64,000 nucleotides of DNA, taken from sequence record SRR31156797_9223, one strand, 5' to 3'. The notes beneath the pieces were generated by a model. That model was not told the DNA's origin, did no database searches, and saw only the letters and a list, made by a program, of their open reading frames with translations. How positions within the stretch are numbered: the stretch's first letter is position 1; the number at the start of each line of letters is the position of its first letter. The translations under genes and the position numbers were made by a program. Shown one piece after another: positions 20,198 to 30,430 of the stretch.

Positions 20198-20885
20198 TAT
20201 TGTACTGCTGATAATAATCGGCATTGTTGCAGTTAAAGGTCTCATAAAGGGGCTTGTTCTTGAGATATTTGGACTTTTAGCACTTGTTGCCGGCTATATA
20301 GTCGGTTTTAAATACTCACATGTTTTTGCAAAACCTATCGGTGCTCTCGGACTTGATGAAAAGGTTTCCGGCGCAATAGGTTATGTTGTTGGTTTCCTTA
20401 TAGCATACATCGTTGTTGTGCTCATTGGGAACATACTGAGCAAAGCTTTCAAAGAGGTGAAACTCGGCGCTCTGAACAGGGGTGGTGGTTTGGTCTTTGG
20501 AGCAGTTAAGGCGGCTGTAATACTCGGTCTTATCCTTAGTGCGGTTATCACTGTGGCTCCTAAATCAGCTACATTTTCCAAAAATCTTCAAGAGGGTACG
20601 GTCTCCGGCAGACTCGCAAAACTCTCTCCTTTTGTTTATAAGGTTATGAACAAAATACCTGATGTTAAAAAGATAAATCCTTTTGATATACCAGAGGTTG
20701 AACAGGCGAAAGACGCTATGGACCTTCTGGAGAGTGATGCTGTTCTGGATGCTCTTGAGGCTGTGAAAGACTCGAAAGCTCTTGAAGAGGTTAAGGAATT
20801 ACCTGAGAACACTAAAGAGGTTATCGAAGGGCTTACAGATGAGAAACCGCTCGAAAACCCGCTTGGTGACATGAAAAAAGAATGA
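20184..20885 (+). CDS. cvpA: CvpA (colicin V production) family membrane protein with acidic C-terminal extension
   Basis: IDIVLL...KGLIKGLVLE, four TMs and NRGGGLVFG; lies upstream of mutS2. Confidence 0.85.
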   Translation: MGIIDIVLLIIIGIVAVKGLIKGLVLEIFGLLALVAGYIVGFKYSHVFAKPIGALGLDEKVSGAIGYVVGFLIAYIVVVLIGNILSKAFKEVKLGALNRGGGLVFGAVKAAVILGLILSAVITVAPKSATFSKNLQEGTVSGRLAKLSPFVYKVMNKIPDVKKINPFDIPEVEQAKDAMDLLESDAVLDALEAVKDSKALEEVKELPENTKEVIEGLTDEKPLENPLGDMKKE

Positions 20886-23155
20886 TTCACTTAGACACCC
20901 TAGAATTTTCACTTTTTAAAAATTATATGGACAGAGGTTTTACCTCCTCGTTTGCCAGACGCAGACTGGAAGCATTAAAGCCTTATTATGCCATTGATAA
21001 GATAGAGAAATATCGTGATGAGCTTGGGGAAGCACTTGAGTATCTCCGGAGTTCTGACATACGAATTCCAGCTGATCATGAGTTCAGAGATTTATATCCT
21101 AAATTTGATAACCCGCTTCTTTTTCTTGAACCTGATGAATTACTTATTTTTAGTAATTTCTTTAACAGCATCAAAAAGATAAAGAAGAGTATGCTCGAAA
21201 ATGAAGTGAATAAGCTTAAAGTTTATTTATCAGATATACACACACTTTCAGATATTACAGACGACATAGAGGAGACTGTCACCAGCAAAGGTGAGATAAA
21301 GGACTCAGCCTCGGTAAAGCTGCTGAATGTCCGAACCGAGCTTAAAACTGTGCGTAAGCAGATTCAGAAAGAGCTATCGGGTGTTTTCGCAAACAGTAAT
21401 TCGAGCAAATTCATTCAGGAATCTGTCATTACCGAGCGTAACGGGCGCTTTACCGTACCTTGCAAGACTAACTTTAAGCAGTATATACAAGGTATTGTCC
21501 ACGACAGGTCAGCTAGCGGTCAGACGCTATTTGTTGAACCTTCGTCAACGGTGAATATGAACAACACACAACAGGAGCTTATGGCTTCTGAACGTGAGGA
21601 ATCAGTCCGTATCCTTAAAGATATTTCAGTACGAATATTCGAATCTCTCTTTGAGATTAACACCACAATAGAAGCGTATACCGAGCTCGCTTTCCATATG
21701 GAGACAGCTCTTTTTTATAAAAATAAGCCTTATGTTTTCCCCGATTTTGATGACACTATCTCCTTTAAGGATATACATCATCCGGTGATATTTCTTGAAA
21801 AAGGGAATGAATCTATACCGCTTGATTTCAATATGTCCGGCAGTGAGTTAACTGCTGTTGTGACAGGACCTAACACGGGTGGTAAGACTGCCGCACTTAA
21901 GTCTATCGGGCTTAATCATGTGCTGGGCAAATGCGGGCTTCCGCTAATAGGCAAGTCTGCAAAACTGGTTAATTTTAAAAATATACTCGCTGATATAGGT
22001 GACAAACAATCTCTTGTTATGGACTTATCCACTTTCAGCGCTCACATGGTTAATATCAGAGATATCCTCAAAAAAGCTGATAAGGATTCGCTTGTGCTGC
22101 TTGATGAGGCTGGAACCGGTACTGAGCCGCAGGAAGGTGCTGCGCTCGCTGTTGCTGTGTGTACAACACTCGCAGAAAGCAGAGCTAAGTCTGTTGTGAC
22201 AACTCACTTTTCAGAGATGAAGACCTATGCGTTAACTACTGATTCATCAGTTATTTATGCTGTAGATTTCGATTATAAAGATTTTTCTCCTAAATATAGA
22301 CTTTTGCAAGGGGTGACAGGTAAGTCTGATCCTCTTGTGATAGCCCGCAGGCTTAATTTCCCTGAGCATGTGGTTAAGCGTGCATCCGCTATTATCGACC
22401 GGAAGAAGAGTGAGGCCGAGCTCTCTGTTGAAGAGATTAGCCGTATGCAGGCTGACCTCGAAGGACGTCAGAAGGATTATGAGGAGCGCATGACTGCTCT
22501 TGAAAATCTCGAAAAACGCTATCAGGAGAAGGAAGCTAATCTTAAGGAGCGTCTCGCTAAGAAGGAGACAGAGCTTCTTGAGGATACTGTTCGAATGTAT
22601 AACCGTGCCAAACGCCTATCTGATAAGCCTGAGAAGGCGAAGGATAAAGTTGACGGCGACCTTAAGCGTGCTTCTGACAAGCTGACAAAGGCGAAGAAGA
22701 AGATTAAACCGGTAGAGGGTGTGAAGGTTGGCGATATCATCAACCTTGAAAAGTATGGTAAGAACGCCAGAGTTCTTGATATAGACGGCAACACAGCTAA
22801 AATGGACATAGGCGGACTTAAGATATCTATGAAGCTTAGCGAAGTTGTCGGAAAGAAAGTGACCGAGGATAAGAAGATTCAGGACGTTCGGGTTAGCCGA
22901 GAGGTCACCTCGGAAGGCAGGCTGGAGCTTGTCCTTGTCGGTAAACGGGTGGAAGAGGGGCTTGATATGCTCGACCGTAAGCTTGATGATTCTATTCTCG
23001 CTGGTCAGTCAAAGCTTTACGTTGTTCACGGGCGTGGCTCTGGACAGCTGAGAAAAGCGATACATGAGTATCTCCGCACTGATCCCAGAACAAATAAATA
23101 CGCTCTCGCCTCTAATGAAGAGGGTGGACAAGCCGTTACAGTTATTGAAATCTAG
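20882..23155 (+). CDS. mutS2: MutS2 endonuclease / ribosome-collision factor (Smr domain)
   Basis: GIVHDRSASGQTLFVEP, TGPNTGGKT, LSTFSAHM, LLDEAGTGT and VHGRGSG (Smr) motifs. Confidence 0.95.
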   Translation: MIHLDTLEFSLFKNYMDRGFTSSFARRRLEALKPYYAIDKIEKYRDELGEALEYLRSSDIRIPADHEFRDLYPKFDNPLLFLEPDELLIFSNFFNSIKKIKKSMLENEVNKLKVYLSDIHTLSDITDDIEETVTSKGEIKDSASVKLLNVRTELKTVRKQIQKELSGVFANSNSSKFIQESVITERNGRFTVPCKTNFKQYIQGIVHDRSASGQTLFVEPSSTVNMNNTQQELMASEREESVRILKDISVRIFESLFEINTTIEAYTELAFHMETALFYKNKPYVFPDFDDTISFKDIHHPVIFLEKGNESIPLDFNMSGSELTAVVTGPNTGGKTAALKSIGLNHVLGKCGLPLIGKSAKLVNFKNILADIGDKQSLVMDLSTFSAHMVNIRDILKKADKDSLVLLDEAGTGTEPQEGAALAVAVCTTLAESRAKSVVTTHFSEMKTYALTTDSSVIYAVDFDYKDFSPKYRLLQGVTGKSDPLVIARRLNFPEHVVKRASAIIDRKKSEAELSVEEISRMQADLEGRQKDYEERMTALENLEKRYQEKEANLKERLAKKETELLEDTVRMYNRAKRLSDKPEKAKDKVDGDLKRASDKLTKAKKKIKPVEGVKVGDIINLEKYGKNARVLDIDGNTAKMDIGGLKISMKLSEVVGKKVTEDKKIQDVRVSREVTSEGRLELVLVGKRVEEGLDMLDRKLDDSILAGQSKLYVVHGRGSGQLRKAIHEYLRTDPRTNKYALASNEEGGQAVTVIEI

Positions 23156-23158
23156 TCG

Positions 23159-23187
23159 TTGACAAATCTGTTATTTTAAGCGATACT
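23159..23187 (+). promoter_or_regulatory. Sigma70-type promoter of the XRE regulator
   Basis: TTGACA-17 nt-GATACT. Confidence 0.7.
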
Positions 23188-23229
23188 TAACAAAGTTTAG
23201 GCTATTGATACATACACAATGAGGTTGAG

Positions 23230-23820
23230 ATGGAAGATATTGAAGTAAAAATTGGTGAGAGAGTTCGTAAAATCAGAAACGAGAGGGGGCTGACTCTTCA
23301 GGATGTTGCAAATTTTACAGGATTTTCTAAAGCACTAATCTCTCAGATAGAAAACAACATTGTGATGCCGCCAATTAACACTCTGGCTAAGATTGCTAAG
23401 GTGCTTAATGTTAAGATGACTTACTTCTTTGAGGAAGAGATTAACCACCACGATTACTATGTTGTGCGGAAGGATTCTAAGAAGTTTATCTTTCGTGAGG
23501 GAGTAAAGCACGGCTATATGTATGAGGAGCTGGCTAAGGTAAAGTCTTTCGATTATCTCGACTGGCTTCTTGTTACCATTAAGCCTGAAAAGTGCGACGA
23601 TAAGCTTTTCAGCCATGATGGGTATGAGTATATGTTTATAGTTGAGGGTGGAATAAGGATGAAGATGGGTAACGAAGAGATGGATCTTATGGAAGGTGAC
23701 TCTATCGCTTTTAACTCGAAGATTCCCCACGCTGCTGTGCCTCTTGAGGGGACAACGGCGCTTGTTTTATCTGCTCACCTTAAGATCGAAGCACTTCGTG
23801 AATTTATACGCAACAATTAA
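23230..23820 (+). CDS. XRE-family HTH + cupin transcriptional regulator
   Basis: HTH IGERVRKIR...SKALISQIEN...P; cupin HDGYE and FNSKIPH. Confidence 0.92.
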   Translation: MEDIEVKIGERVRKIRNERGLTLQDVANFTGFSKALISQIENNIVMPPINTLAKIAKVLNVKMTYFFEEEINHHDYYVVRKDSKKFIFREGVKHGYMYEELAKVKSFDYLDWLLVTIKPEKCDDKLFSHDGYEYMFIVEGGIRMKMGNEEMDLMEGDSIAFNSKIPHAAVPLEGTTALVLSAHLKIEALREFIRNN

Positions 23821-24893
23821 CCTTTAAAAAATATCGCAAGCTCGTCCATTCTGGACAGGCATCTGTATAATTTTTTCTGAAAGCTGGATTCGAGAAGTTC
23901 CGGCGGGAACAGATCCCCGATATCACATGAACCTTTAATGAATAATTTTGTGTTATAATAGTAACATACATCGATAAGCTGATTAAACCTGAGTGCGTTA
24001 TTAAGCTGAACAAACGGGCGGAGTCCGTCTATGAAAATCGCTTCTACCGTCGCTGGGATTACGAAGTATTTGAAAGGGTGATTACCCTCTAAAAGTGTAT
24101 TAAGTGACTCGAACCCTATTTTTGTCTTCGGCTTATTTTCCACTTCATATGCGCTGAAAGCATCAAGAAATGTTTCCTGAGAGATAGACTTGCGCATAAC
24201 TTTGTTCTTTTTACGGTAGTCATCCCCCTCTACAAGAAATGATTCGAAGCTCTCTATGATATCTGTAATCTGTTTTTTAAAGTTTTCAAGGCTCATTATA
24301 CGCCCTTTACCAAGGTCGGATGGCAGGGTGTTGGATGTTGTAACTACAAATGTGTTTTTATCCAGTTCGCGAAAGAATTTAGCCATGATATGCGTCATAG
24401 CAGGATCATCAAGCTCGAATTCATCTATGAGGAGAAGGTTGAGCTTTGAGAAGTGTTCAATACAATTTTCAACACCGAGGTAATGGAAAAAGTAGTTCAT
24501 CTCACCAAAGCTGAGGAATGCTTTATTCTTTTGGCATTTATTGTAACATGCTGAGAGTAAGTGTGTTTTACCTATACCGTAGCTTCCGTCTATGTATAAG
24601 TTGCTAGGCTTATTACTGTCTGCCATAGGTTCTGCGGGTTTCTTTTTCCCAAATAGAGAGAATTTCTTCTTCGCTGGGGCGGATGTCCCCACATTTATAT
24701 CTCTCATCTTTTCAAGTGAGCTCTGCAGGTGTGATTTTATCATATCCTGAGTAGGGAAATTTTCATCCGGGATATAGTTTTCAAATGTGCAGTGAGAAAA
24801 TTTCGGATGAGGGCGAAGGTTGTCAAAACAGTCTTCAACTGATATGTCAAAATTGATGTCATTCAGGTCTATGTACATTTCAGAGCTGCTCAT
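23817..24893 (-). CDS. zapE: AFG1/ZapE-family ATPase
   Basis: Walker A GSYGIGKTHLL, IDEFELDD, TTSNT, GDDYR, ALRF...ID..Y and RCLSR motifs. Confidence 0.85.
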   Translation of the reverse strand: MSSSEMYIDLNDINFDISVEDCFDNLRPHPKFSHCTFENYIPDENFPTQDMIKSHLQSSLEKMRDINVGTSAPAKKKFSLFGKKKPAEPMADSNKPSNLYIDGSYGIGKTHLLSACYNKCQKNKAFLSFGEMNYFFHYLGVENCIEHFSKLNLLLIDEFELDDPAMTHIMAKFFRELDKNTFVVTTSNTLPSDLGKGRIMSLENFKKQITDIIESFESFLVEGDDYRKKNKVMRKSISQETFLDAFSAYEVENKPKTKIGFESLNTLLEGNHPFKYFVIPATVEAIFIDGLRPFVQLNNALRFNQLIDVCYYYNTKLFIKGSCDIGDLFPPELLESSFQKKLYRCLSRMDELAIFFKG

Positions 24894-24973
24894 ATATAAT
24901 AAATCTCCATCATATTTGTTTTATAAATACATTATATGAGAGAAGAATATATCTTAATTAACGGAGAAAATCA

Positions 24974-25741
24974 ATGATTTCGAAGATAGAGAAAGCGGCA
25001 CTTAAAGCGGGTGAGCACCTTTTAAAGGGATTTAACGGTCTGAAGGATGTTTCATTTAAGGGTAAAATCGACCTTGTAACACAGTATGATGTTGAGGTTG
25101 AGAAGATACTTTTAGATGAACTCTCTTTCATGTTGCCGGAATACGGTTTTGTAGCGGAGGAGACAGCTACAGAGAGGACTGATAAGGAGAAAGTCGTTTA
25201 CATCGACCCGATAGACGGCACTACGAATTTTGTTCACGGTTTTCCATTTTGCTGTATATCTATAGGTGTTTACGAAGAAGGAGAGGGTGTTTGCGGAGTT
25301 GTGTATAATCCTGTAACAGGGGAAATGTTTAAAGCTGAAAAAGGAGGGGGAGCTTTCCTTAATGGAGAGAGGATATACGCTTCTGTTAAAAAAGAGATCA
25401 CCGAATGTCTAGTCGCTACCGGGTTTCCTTACAGTGTAGTTTTTGAGAGACCTGATGAAATATTGCGCATACTCGGGGATATCTTATCTAAGACGAGGGG
25501 GGTGAGACGGGCTGGCTCTGCTGCTCTGGACCTGTGTTATGTAGCAAAGGGTGTATTCGATTGTTACTATGAGTTTAATCTAAGTCCATGGGATATATCT
25601 GCTGGTGCTGTAATTGCCTCTGAGGCAGGTGCTTTTGTTTGCGGAACCGAGTATGGTAAACCGGCTGATCTTTACGAGAGATTCATTTTTGCTTCATCAA
25701 AACCAGTGTCTGAGGAGTTCCATAAACTGATTATTTCTTGA
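24974..25741 (+). CDS. suhB: Inositol monophosphatase family (SuhB)
   Basis: DLVT, AEE, IDPIDGTTNF, GSAALD and WDISAG motifs. Confidence 0.93.
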   Translation: MISKIEKAALKAGEHLLKGFNGLKDVSFKGKIDLVTQYDVEVEKILLDELSFMLPEYGFVAEETATERTDKEKVVYIDPIDGTTNFVHGFPFCCISIGVYEEGEGVCGVVYNPVTGEMFKAEKGGGAFLNGERIYASVKKEITECLVATGFPYSVVFERPDEILRILGDILSKTRGVRRAGSAALDLCYVAKGVFDCYYEFNLSPWDISAGAVIASEAGAFVCGTEYGKPADLYERFIFASSKPVSEEFHKLIIS

Positions 25742-25933
25742 CTTTTTACAGGATGCAAACATTTTGATAGTTAAATTTGTGCATAATTGATGAGTATGCA
25801 TTATGTCATTAGTAGTATTCTTAAAGTGAAAAAAAATTGTTTGCGTACAGTAAAATACATAATTATCTGTATTTACAGGGATACCCAAAAAAGATAAGGT
25901 TTCATTATGTATAAAAAACAGGTGTAACATTAT

Positions 25934-26515
25934 ATGGCAAGTCTCCTTATTTATAGTAAAAATACCTTGTATCGCGAATGCCTTGTGAAAATTGTGACTA
26001 AGAACAGTTCTGTTACGGATGTTTTTGAAGTTGATGATTCATCGGGAATACTTGACGTAATTTCTGATAAAGCACCTGATTATATTATGCTTGATATCTT
26101 TTCGAGAAACATTGACGATAATCTTCTCACCTCTATTAAGGGGAAATATGATGGTTCACGAATCATTATCCTTACGACTAAAGAAAATAGCATACTTAAC
26201 TACTTCCGTTACTACTACGGGATTAAAAAATATATATTTGCTGATGAGGATGTTGAGGATATTGAGAGGAGAATTAACGACAATATCACAGGTTGCGGGA
26301 ACGGACTTGATAACCTTTCACCATTCGCTCTCACAAGCAGAGAGTGCGAGATACTAAAGCATATAGCCAATGGTAACACCAGCAAGGAAATTGCTGAAAT
26401 TTTATGCATAAGCAAAAATACGGTTGATACCCACAGAAATAAGATGCTCCAGAAGCTCAACATGGCTAACTCGCCGTCCCTGGTGAGATACGCATATAAA
26501 TATGGTTTGATCTAG
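25934..26515 (+). CDS. NarL/LuxR-family regulator with degenerate receiver domain
   Basis: C-terminal LuxR HTH LTSRECEIL...TSKEIA...ISKNTVDTHR; N-terminal REC-like region with IMLD. Confidence 0.88.
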   Translation: MASLLIYSKNTLYRECLVKIVTKNSSVTDVFEVDDSSGILDVISDKAPDYIMLDIFSRNIDDNLLTSIKGKYDGSRIIILTTKENSILNYFRYYYGIKKYIFADEDVEDIERRINDNITGCGNGLDNLSPFALTSRECEILKHIANGNTSKEIAEILCISKNTVDTHRNKMLQKLNMANSPSLVRYAYKYGLI

Positions 26516-26517
26516 TT

Positions 26518-28767
26518 TTAAACACTCTTTTTCAGTTTAATTGTGAATAGGGCTCCCATATCACTATTTTCAGCAGTTATCTCTCCGCCCATGTGGCTTT
26601 CAATTATGCTTTTAGACATGTAGAGACCTATTCCGGTACCCGACGTATCTTTTGTGGTGAAATATGGCTCAAAGACCTTGTCAAGCATCTCAGAAGGTAT
26701 ACCGCCTGCATTGTCGGAAACACTTATCTCAATATTTTTATCTAAGCAGGAAACCACCACATTGATCTTTCCTGTGATTCCGCTGTCTGCTTTTTCGTTT
26801 ATGGCGTCTCTGGCGTTATGAATAATATTCATAAGCACCTGCTTAAACTCACTGGCATAACCGTTACTGACGAAGCATGATATATTGATTTCAGGTTCTT
26901 TCAGGTTAATTAGCTCGTCTGCGGAATAGCTTACAACCTCTTTTTCAGCATTTACGATAGTTGCCGTGACAGAGATGTTGTCCTTCTCTATCTGCTTGTA
27001 CAGCATGCTGATAACACTTGTAACTTCGCTTGTAATGTTGAAATCCTCTTTCGCTTTGCTAGGCATAAGAAAGCGCCTGAAGTCTTCTACTGTATAGTTC
27101 ATATAGTTTATCTGGTTTAACGCTTCACCTGAGATATTCCTCAGGTATGTCTGGTCAACGTTGCCTTTACTGCACGAGTCTGAGATATCCTGCATGAGAT
27201 AGCTTATGGCGGTCATAGGCTGTTTCCACTGGTGGATAATAGCCGACAGAACTTCCCCTACGGATGACATTTTTGACTGTTGTATTAGAAGGTGCTCCTG
27301 CTTTTGCCTCTTCTCCGCTTCTTCTGCTACGAGATTTTCAAGATTTTTATTCATCTCTTTAAGCTGCTTTTCTATCTCAACTTTTTCGGTGACATCATAG
27401 CAGATAGCAAAGAGGAGCTTCTGCCCGTCTATCTCAATCGGCGCCGCCTGAATTTCTATGTCGTAGGTTACGTCAAACAATTTAAACTTAGATATATAGT
27501 TCTTCAGCCCTTCCGTTATTGATCTGTTGAGAATATCATTTACCTGCTCTTCCGGCATAAGGCTTATATCTGCAATTTTCAACTGCATAACTTCTTTTTT
27601 GCCTAAGTTTAAGAAATCTAATGCGGCCTTATTGGCGTCAACGACCCTTCCGTTTTTAGGCTCAATAAGGAACATTATGGAGTGGTGATCCTGAAACATG
27701 CTTTTGAACCTTTTATAAAGAGAGTTGATCACTTTGTTCTGGTTCAGGGTGTTATCATTTGCTTCTTCAAGCTCCTTGGTTCGTTTCTCTATCTTTGTTT
27801 CGAGATCGATGTTCATCTGTTCAACTTTTTTAAGGATAGCTCCGAAACCGATATAAAGAACTGATGTGCTGAGAACTATTACTATTCCGGTTATTATCAG
27901 GACATAAACAAAGAATGTCTGAAACCTGTTGTTAAGATTGGTTATATCATTAGAAGTAAAGAAATAACCGATCACATCCCCTTTATAATTTTCAACTTCT
28001 TGATTGTGAATGATGTACTCGGTTTTATTCACCTTAATCTTCTGGATGCTTGTTTTATAGTTAAAGTCAAACGGTAGCAGTTCAAACATTGAGCAGCTGG
28101 AATCTATTATCTCAGGGTGAAAATGTGGGGCGTGGTTATCATGCTCGTGCGGGATGGTAGACGGAACACCGAGAGCATACTCTGCATTGAGCACATCCTG
28201 TATAATCTGATTCATTATGCTTGTCCGCACTCTGAATTCTATAAATCCGATATAGTTATTCTTGTATCTGACTGCCTGTACAGCTTGAAAAAAGAGCCTG
28301 TCATTAGAAATAATGTATCCGTGCAGGGATTCAGCTTCATTTTTCATAGACTTAACATACTGATAGGCTGACATGTCATTACTGAACTTAGTGGGGTCGT
28401 TAACAGCGAGGAGAAGTTTACCGTCCGGAAGGAAAAAATTAATATTATGAAAATCAGGATTCTCTCTCTTAAACGTAGTGAATCTAGGGTTTACAAGATC
28501 GATAATCGCTCCCCTGTCTCTTTCAGCGAAAGCTTTTATTATGCTCTTATTGGCTTTTGTAAAGCCGTTAAGCCTTGATACGTATGTACGTGTAAGTTTT
28601 TCAAACTCAGATTCGACGATGTAGCTGAGTGCTTCTTCGTGGTGCTCAATACGGTCACGATAATTCATCTTGTATTCATACATAGCAATACTGATAAAAA
28701 TCGCTGACATAAATAAAATAACAATCAAAATTATAAGGATAGCTCTATTTCGAGTGTCCATACCCAC
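26518..28767 (-). CDS. Sensor histidine kinase (dCache-like periplasmic domain, PAS, HisKA, HATPase)
   Basis: Two TMs flank a ~250-aa periplasmic domain. H-box IIHQWKQPM, NIIHNARD, DNAGG and GTGIGL motifs. Confidence 0.9.
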   Translation of the reverse strand: MGMDTRNRAILIILIVILFMSAIFISIAMYEYKMNYRDRIEHHEEALSYIVESEFEKLTRTYVSRLNGFTKANKSIIKAFAERDRGAIIDLVNPRFTTFKRENPDFHNINFFLPDGKLLLAVNDPTKFSNDMSAYQYVKSMKNEAESLHGYIISNDRLFFQAVQAVRYKNNYIGFIEFRVRTSIMNQIIQDVLNAEYALGVPSTIPHEHDNHAPHFHPEIIDSSCSMFELLPFDFNYKTSIQKIKVNKTEYIIHNQEVENYKGDVIGYFFTSNDITNLNNRFQTFFVYVLIITGIVIVLSTSVLYIGFGAILKKVEQMNIDLETKIEKRTKELEEANDNTLNQNKVINSLYKRFKSMFQDHHSIMFLIEPKNGRVVDANKAALDFLNLGKKEVMQLKIADISLMPEEQVNDILNRSITEGLKNYISKFKLFDVTYDIEIQAAPIEIDGQKLLFAICYDVTEKVEIEKQLKEMNKNLENLVAEEAEKRQKQEHLLIQQSKMSSVGEVLSAIIHQWKQPMTAISYLMQDISDSCSKGNVDQTYLRNISGEALNQINYMNYTVEDFRRFLMPSKAKEDFNITSEVTSVISMLYKQIEKDNISVTATIVNAEKEVVSYSADELINLKEPEINISCFVSNGYASEFKQVLMNIIHNARDAINEKADSGITGKINVVVSCLDKNIEISVSDNAGGIPSEMLDKVFEPYFTTKDTSGTGIGLYMSKSIIESHMGGEITAENSDMGALFTIKLKKSV

Positions 28768-28806
28768 ACCTGCCTTACAACAATATTATTATATCACATT
28801 TTCACT

Positions 28807-29769
28807 TTAGAGCCATATCCTATTGATGAAAAAGTACCTGAGAGGGAAGAACAAACTAAGGAAAATGAAAAGGAAAGCGAACATAAGAGATATTGCCATA
28901 AGCTTGTAAGGCGCTCTGGACGTGAGCTTTGAATAAATATATGTTGCTAATGATAAAGCAGTAGTCATAAATAGTGATATATAAAAAAGATAGCCGATAT
29001 AGCCGTACTCTTTCTGCAAAATACAGAAAGGGCATTTATGGCTTGGCAGTTCGTAGATGTAGGTGCTTGTGAATGAGATCAGATTTTCCCATCCGAAATA
29101 CAGAAACAGCATAGAGGTTATAAACATTAATAAAGGTTTCTTTAAATATATTGAAAGTACATATATTGCTGATACAGAAATGAAAATATAAAAACCTGTG
29201 AAAGGAGTTATATAGCTTATTACCTCTTCAGCCTCCACCGATGAGCTGTATATGCTACTGCAGCAACTTACAACAGCGGTAGGGTCTATGCTTACAAAGT
29301 TAAGAAATTCAATGACCGTTTCAGAGATGACAAGGGTGATTAATAAAATTAAAAACCTGTAGTTTGCTTTGGTGTACGGGAGAGTGAGGAAAGTGTTGTT
29401 CCCTTTGTACATAGTTAGCCATGCAGTCATAAGGAAGATGTTAAGCACCTTTAGCATGAACAGCTTGCTTCCGTATATCGTGGCGTTTATAGAGCCTGCG
29501 GCACACATCGCCCCTGTGAGGACGTTTGCCATCTTGTCATTGGTGTAAATGTAAAAGAGGAACAGAGGTATCTTTAAAGCGAAAACAAAGAATACTATGG
29601 TGGATATCAGATACCGCTTCTTCTCACGGTTATACTGAGCCTCGTTTACATTAGTCATATCCCATTTAAAGGCGATAGATACGGATGAGGGCAGGGCGTA
29701 GATAAGTAGTGCTACGAATAGGGTATCCGTCAGGAGCAGTATAAAAACTTCAGGTATTAACAGTCCCAC
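28807..29769 (-). CDS. Uncharacterised polytopic membrane protein with Cys motifs
   Basis: About 8 hydrophobic segments; motifs GAMCAAG, SCCS and ELPSHKCPFC; GTG start 1 nt after the ATPase stop. Confidence 0.75.
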   Translation of the reverse strand: MGLLIPEVFILLLTDTLFVALLIYALPSSVSIAFKWDMTNVNEAQYNREKKRYLISTIVFFVFALKIPLFLFYIYTNDKMANVLTGAMCAAGSINATIYGSKLFMLKVLNIFLMTAWLTMYKGNNTFLTLPYTKANYRFLILLITLVISETVIEFLNFVSIDPTAVVSCCSSIYSSSVEAEEVISYITPFTGFYIFISVSAIYVLSIYLKKPLLMFITSMLFLYFGWENLISFTSTYIYELPSHKCPFCILQKEYGYIGYLFYISLFMTTALSLATYIYSKLTSRAPYKLMAISLMFAFLFIFLSLFFPLRYFFINRIWL

Positions 29770-29770
29770 A

Positions 29771-30430
29771 TCAAGCCTCTTTTTTCATTTGGATGATATT
29801 ATCGGCTACCCCTGAATCGATGATAGCTGGGTCGTGTGTTGCGATTATTATTGTCCGTCCTTCACTTTTGAGTGATCTCAATATATCTATCATCTCAGCT
29901 GTGAGCTTGCTGTCAAGGTTCGCTGTCGGTTCGTCAGCAAGTATTACTGCCGGATCGTTTATAAGAGCTCTTGCTATGGCGGTTCTCTGCTGTTCCCCGC
30001 CGGAGAGTTTTTCAATGTATAGCTCTCCCTTGTCAGGCATATCCAGCTTTTTAAGTATGTTTTCTACTTTGCTCTGTATGGAGTTGTGGCTCTCAGCAGA
30101 GTTAATTATAGGGAGTGCGATGTTGTCCGCTACGGTCATCTTTTCAATAAGGTTAAAGCTTTGAAAGATAATGCCAACCTTTTCGCTGCGAAGCTTAGCG
30201 GCAAAATGTTCAGGCATTTTCGATATAGCCTCACCTTCAAATTCGACAAGACCGTTTGATGGTTTTATTAGCCCTGACGCAATATTAAGCAGGGTGCTCT
30301 TTCCGCTTCCGCTTGCGCCGGAGAGTATAACTGTCTCACCAGTTTTAATCTCAAGGCTGAAGTTTTTAACGGGTGATGTTTCGACTTGTCCTGACCTGTA
30401 TGTTTTTGTGACGTTAATGAATTTTATCAT
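29771..30430 (-). CDS. ABC transporter ATP-binding protein (LolD/MacB type)
   Basis: GASGSGKST, LSGGEQQR, LADEPTANLD and ATHD motifs. Confidence 0.95.
   Translation of the reverse strand: MIKFINVTKTYRSGQVETSPVKNFSLEIKTGETVILSGASGSGKSTLLNIASGLIKPSNGLVEFEGEAISKMPEHFAAKLRSEKVGIIFQSFNLIEKMTVADNIALPIINSAESHNSIQSKVENILKKLDMPDKGELYIEKLSGGEQQRTAIARALINDPAVILADEPTANLDSKLTAEMIDILRSLKSEGRTIIIATHDPAIIDSGVADNIIQMKKEA

Noticed and set aside
20184-20885. cvpA as evidence of a bacteriocin system
   Set aside because: CvpA is a widespread housekeeping membrane protein often next to mutS2; no bacteriocin or immunity genes are nearby.
25780-25800. TGCATA-N9-TATGCA inverted repeat upstream of the LuxR gene
   Set aside because: Short arms in AT-rich DNA; the spacing does not fit NtrC or another box I can name.
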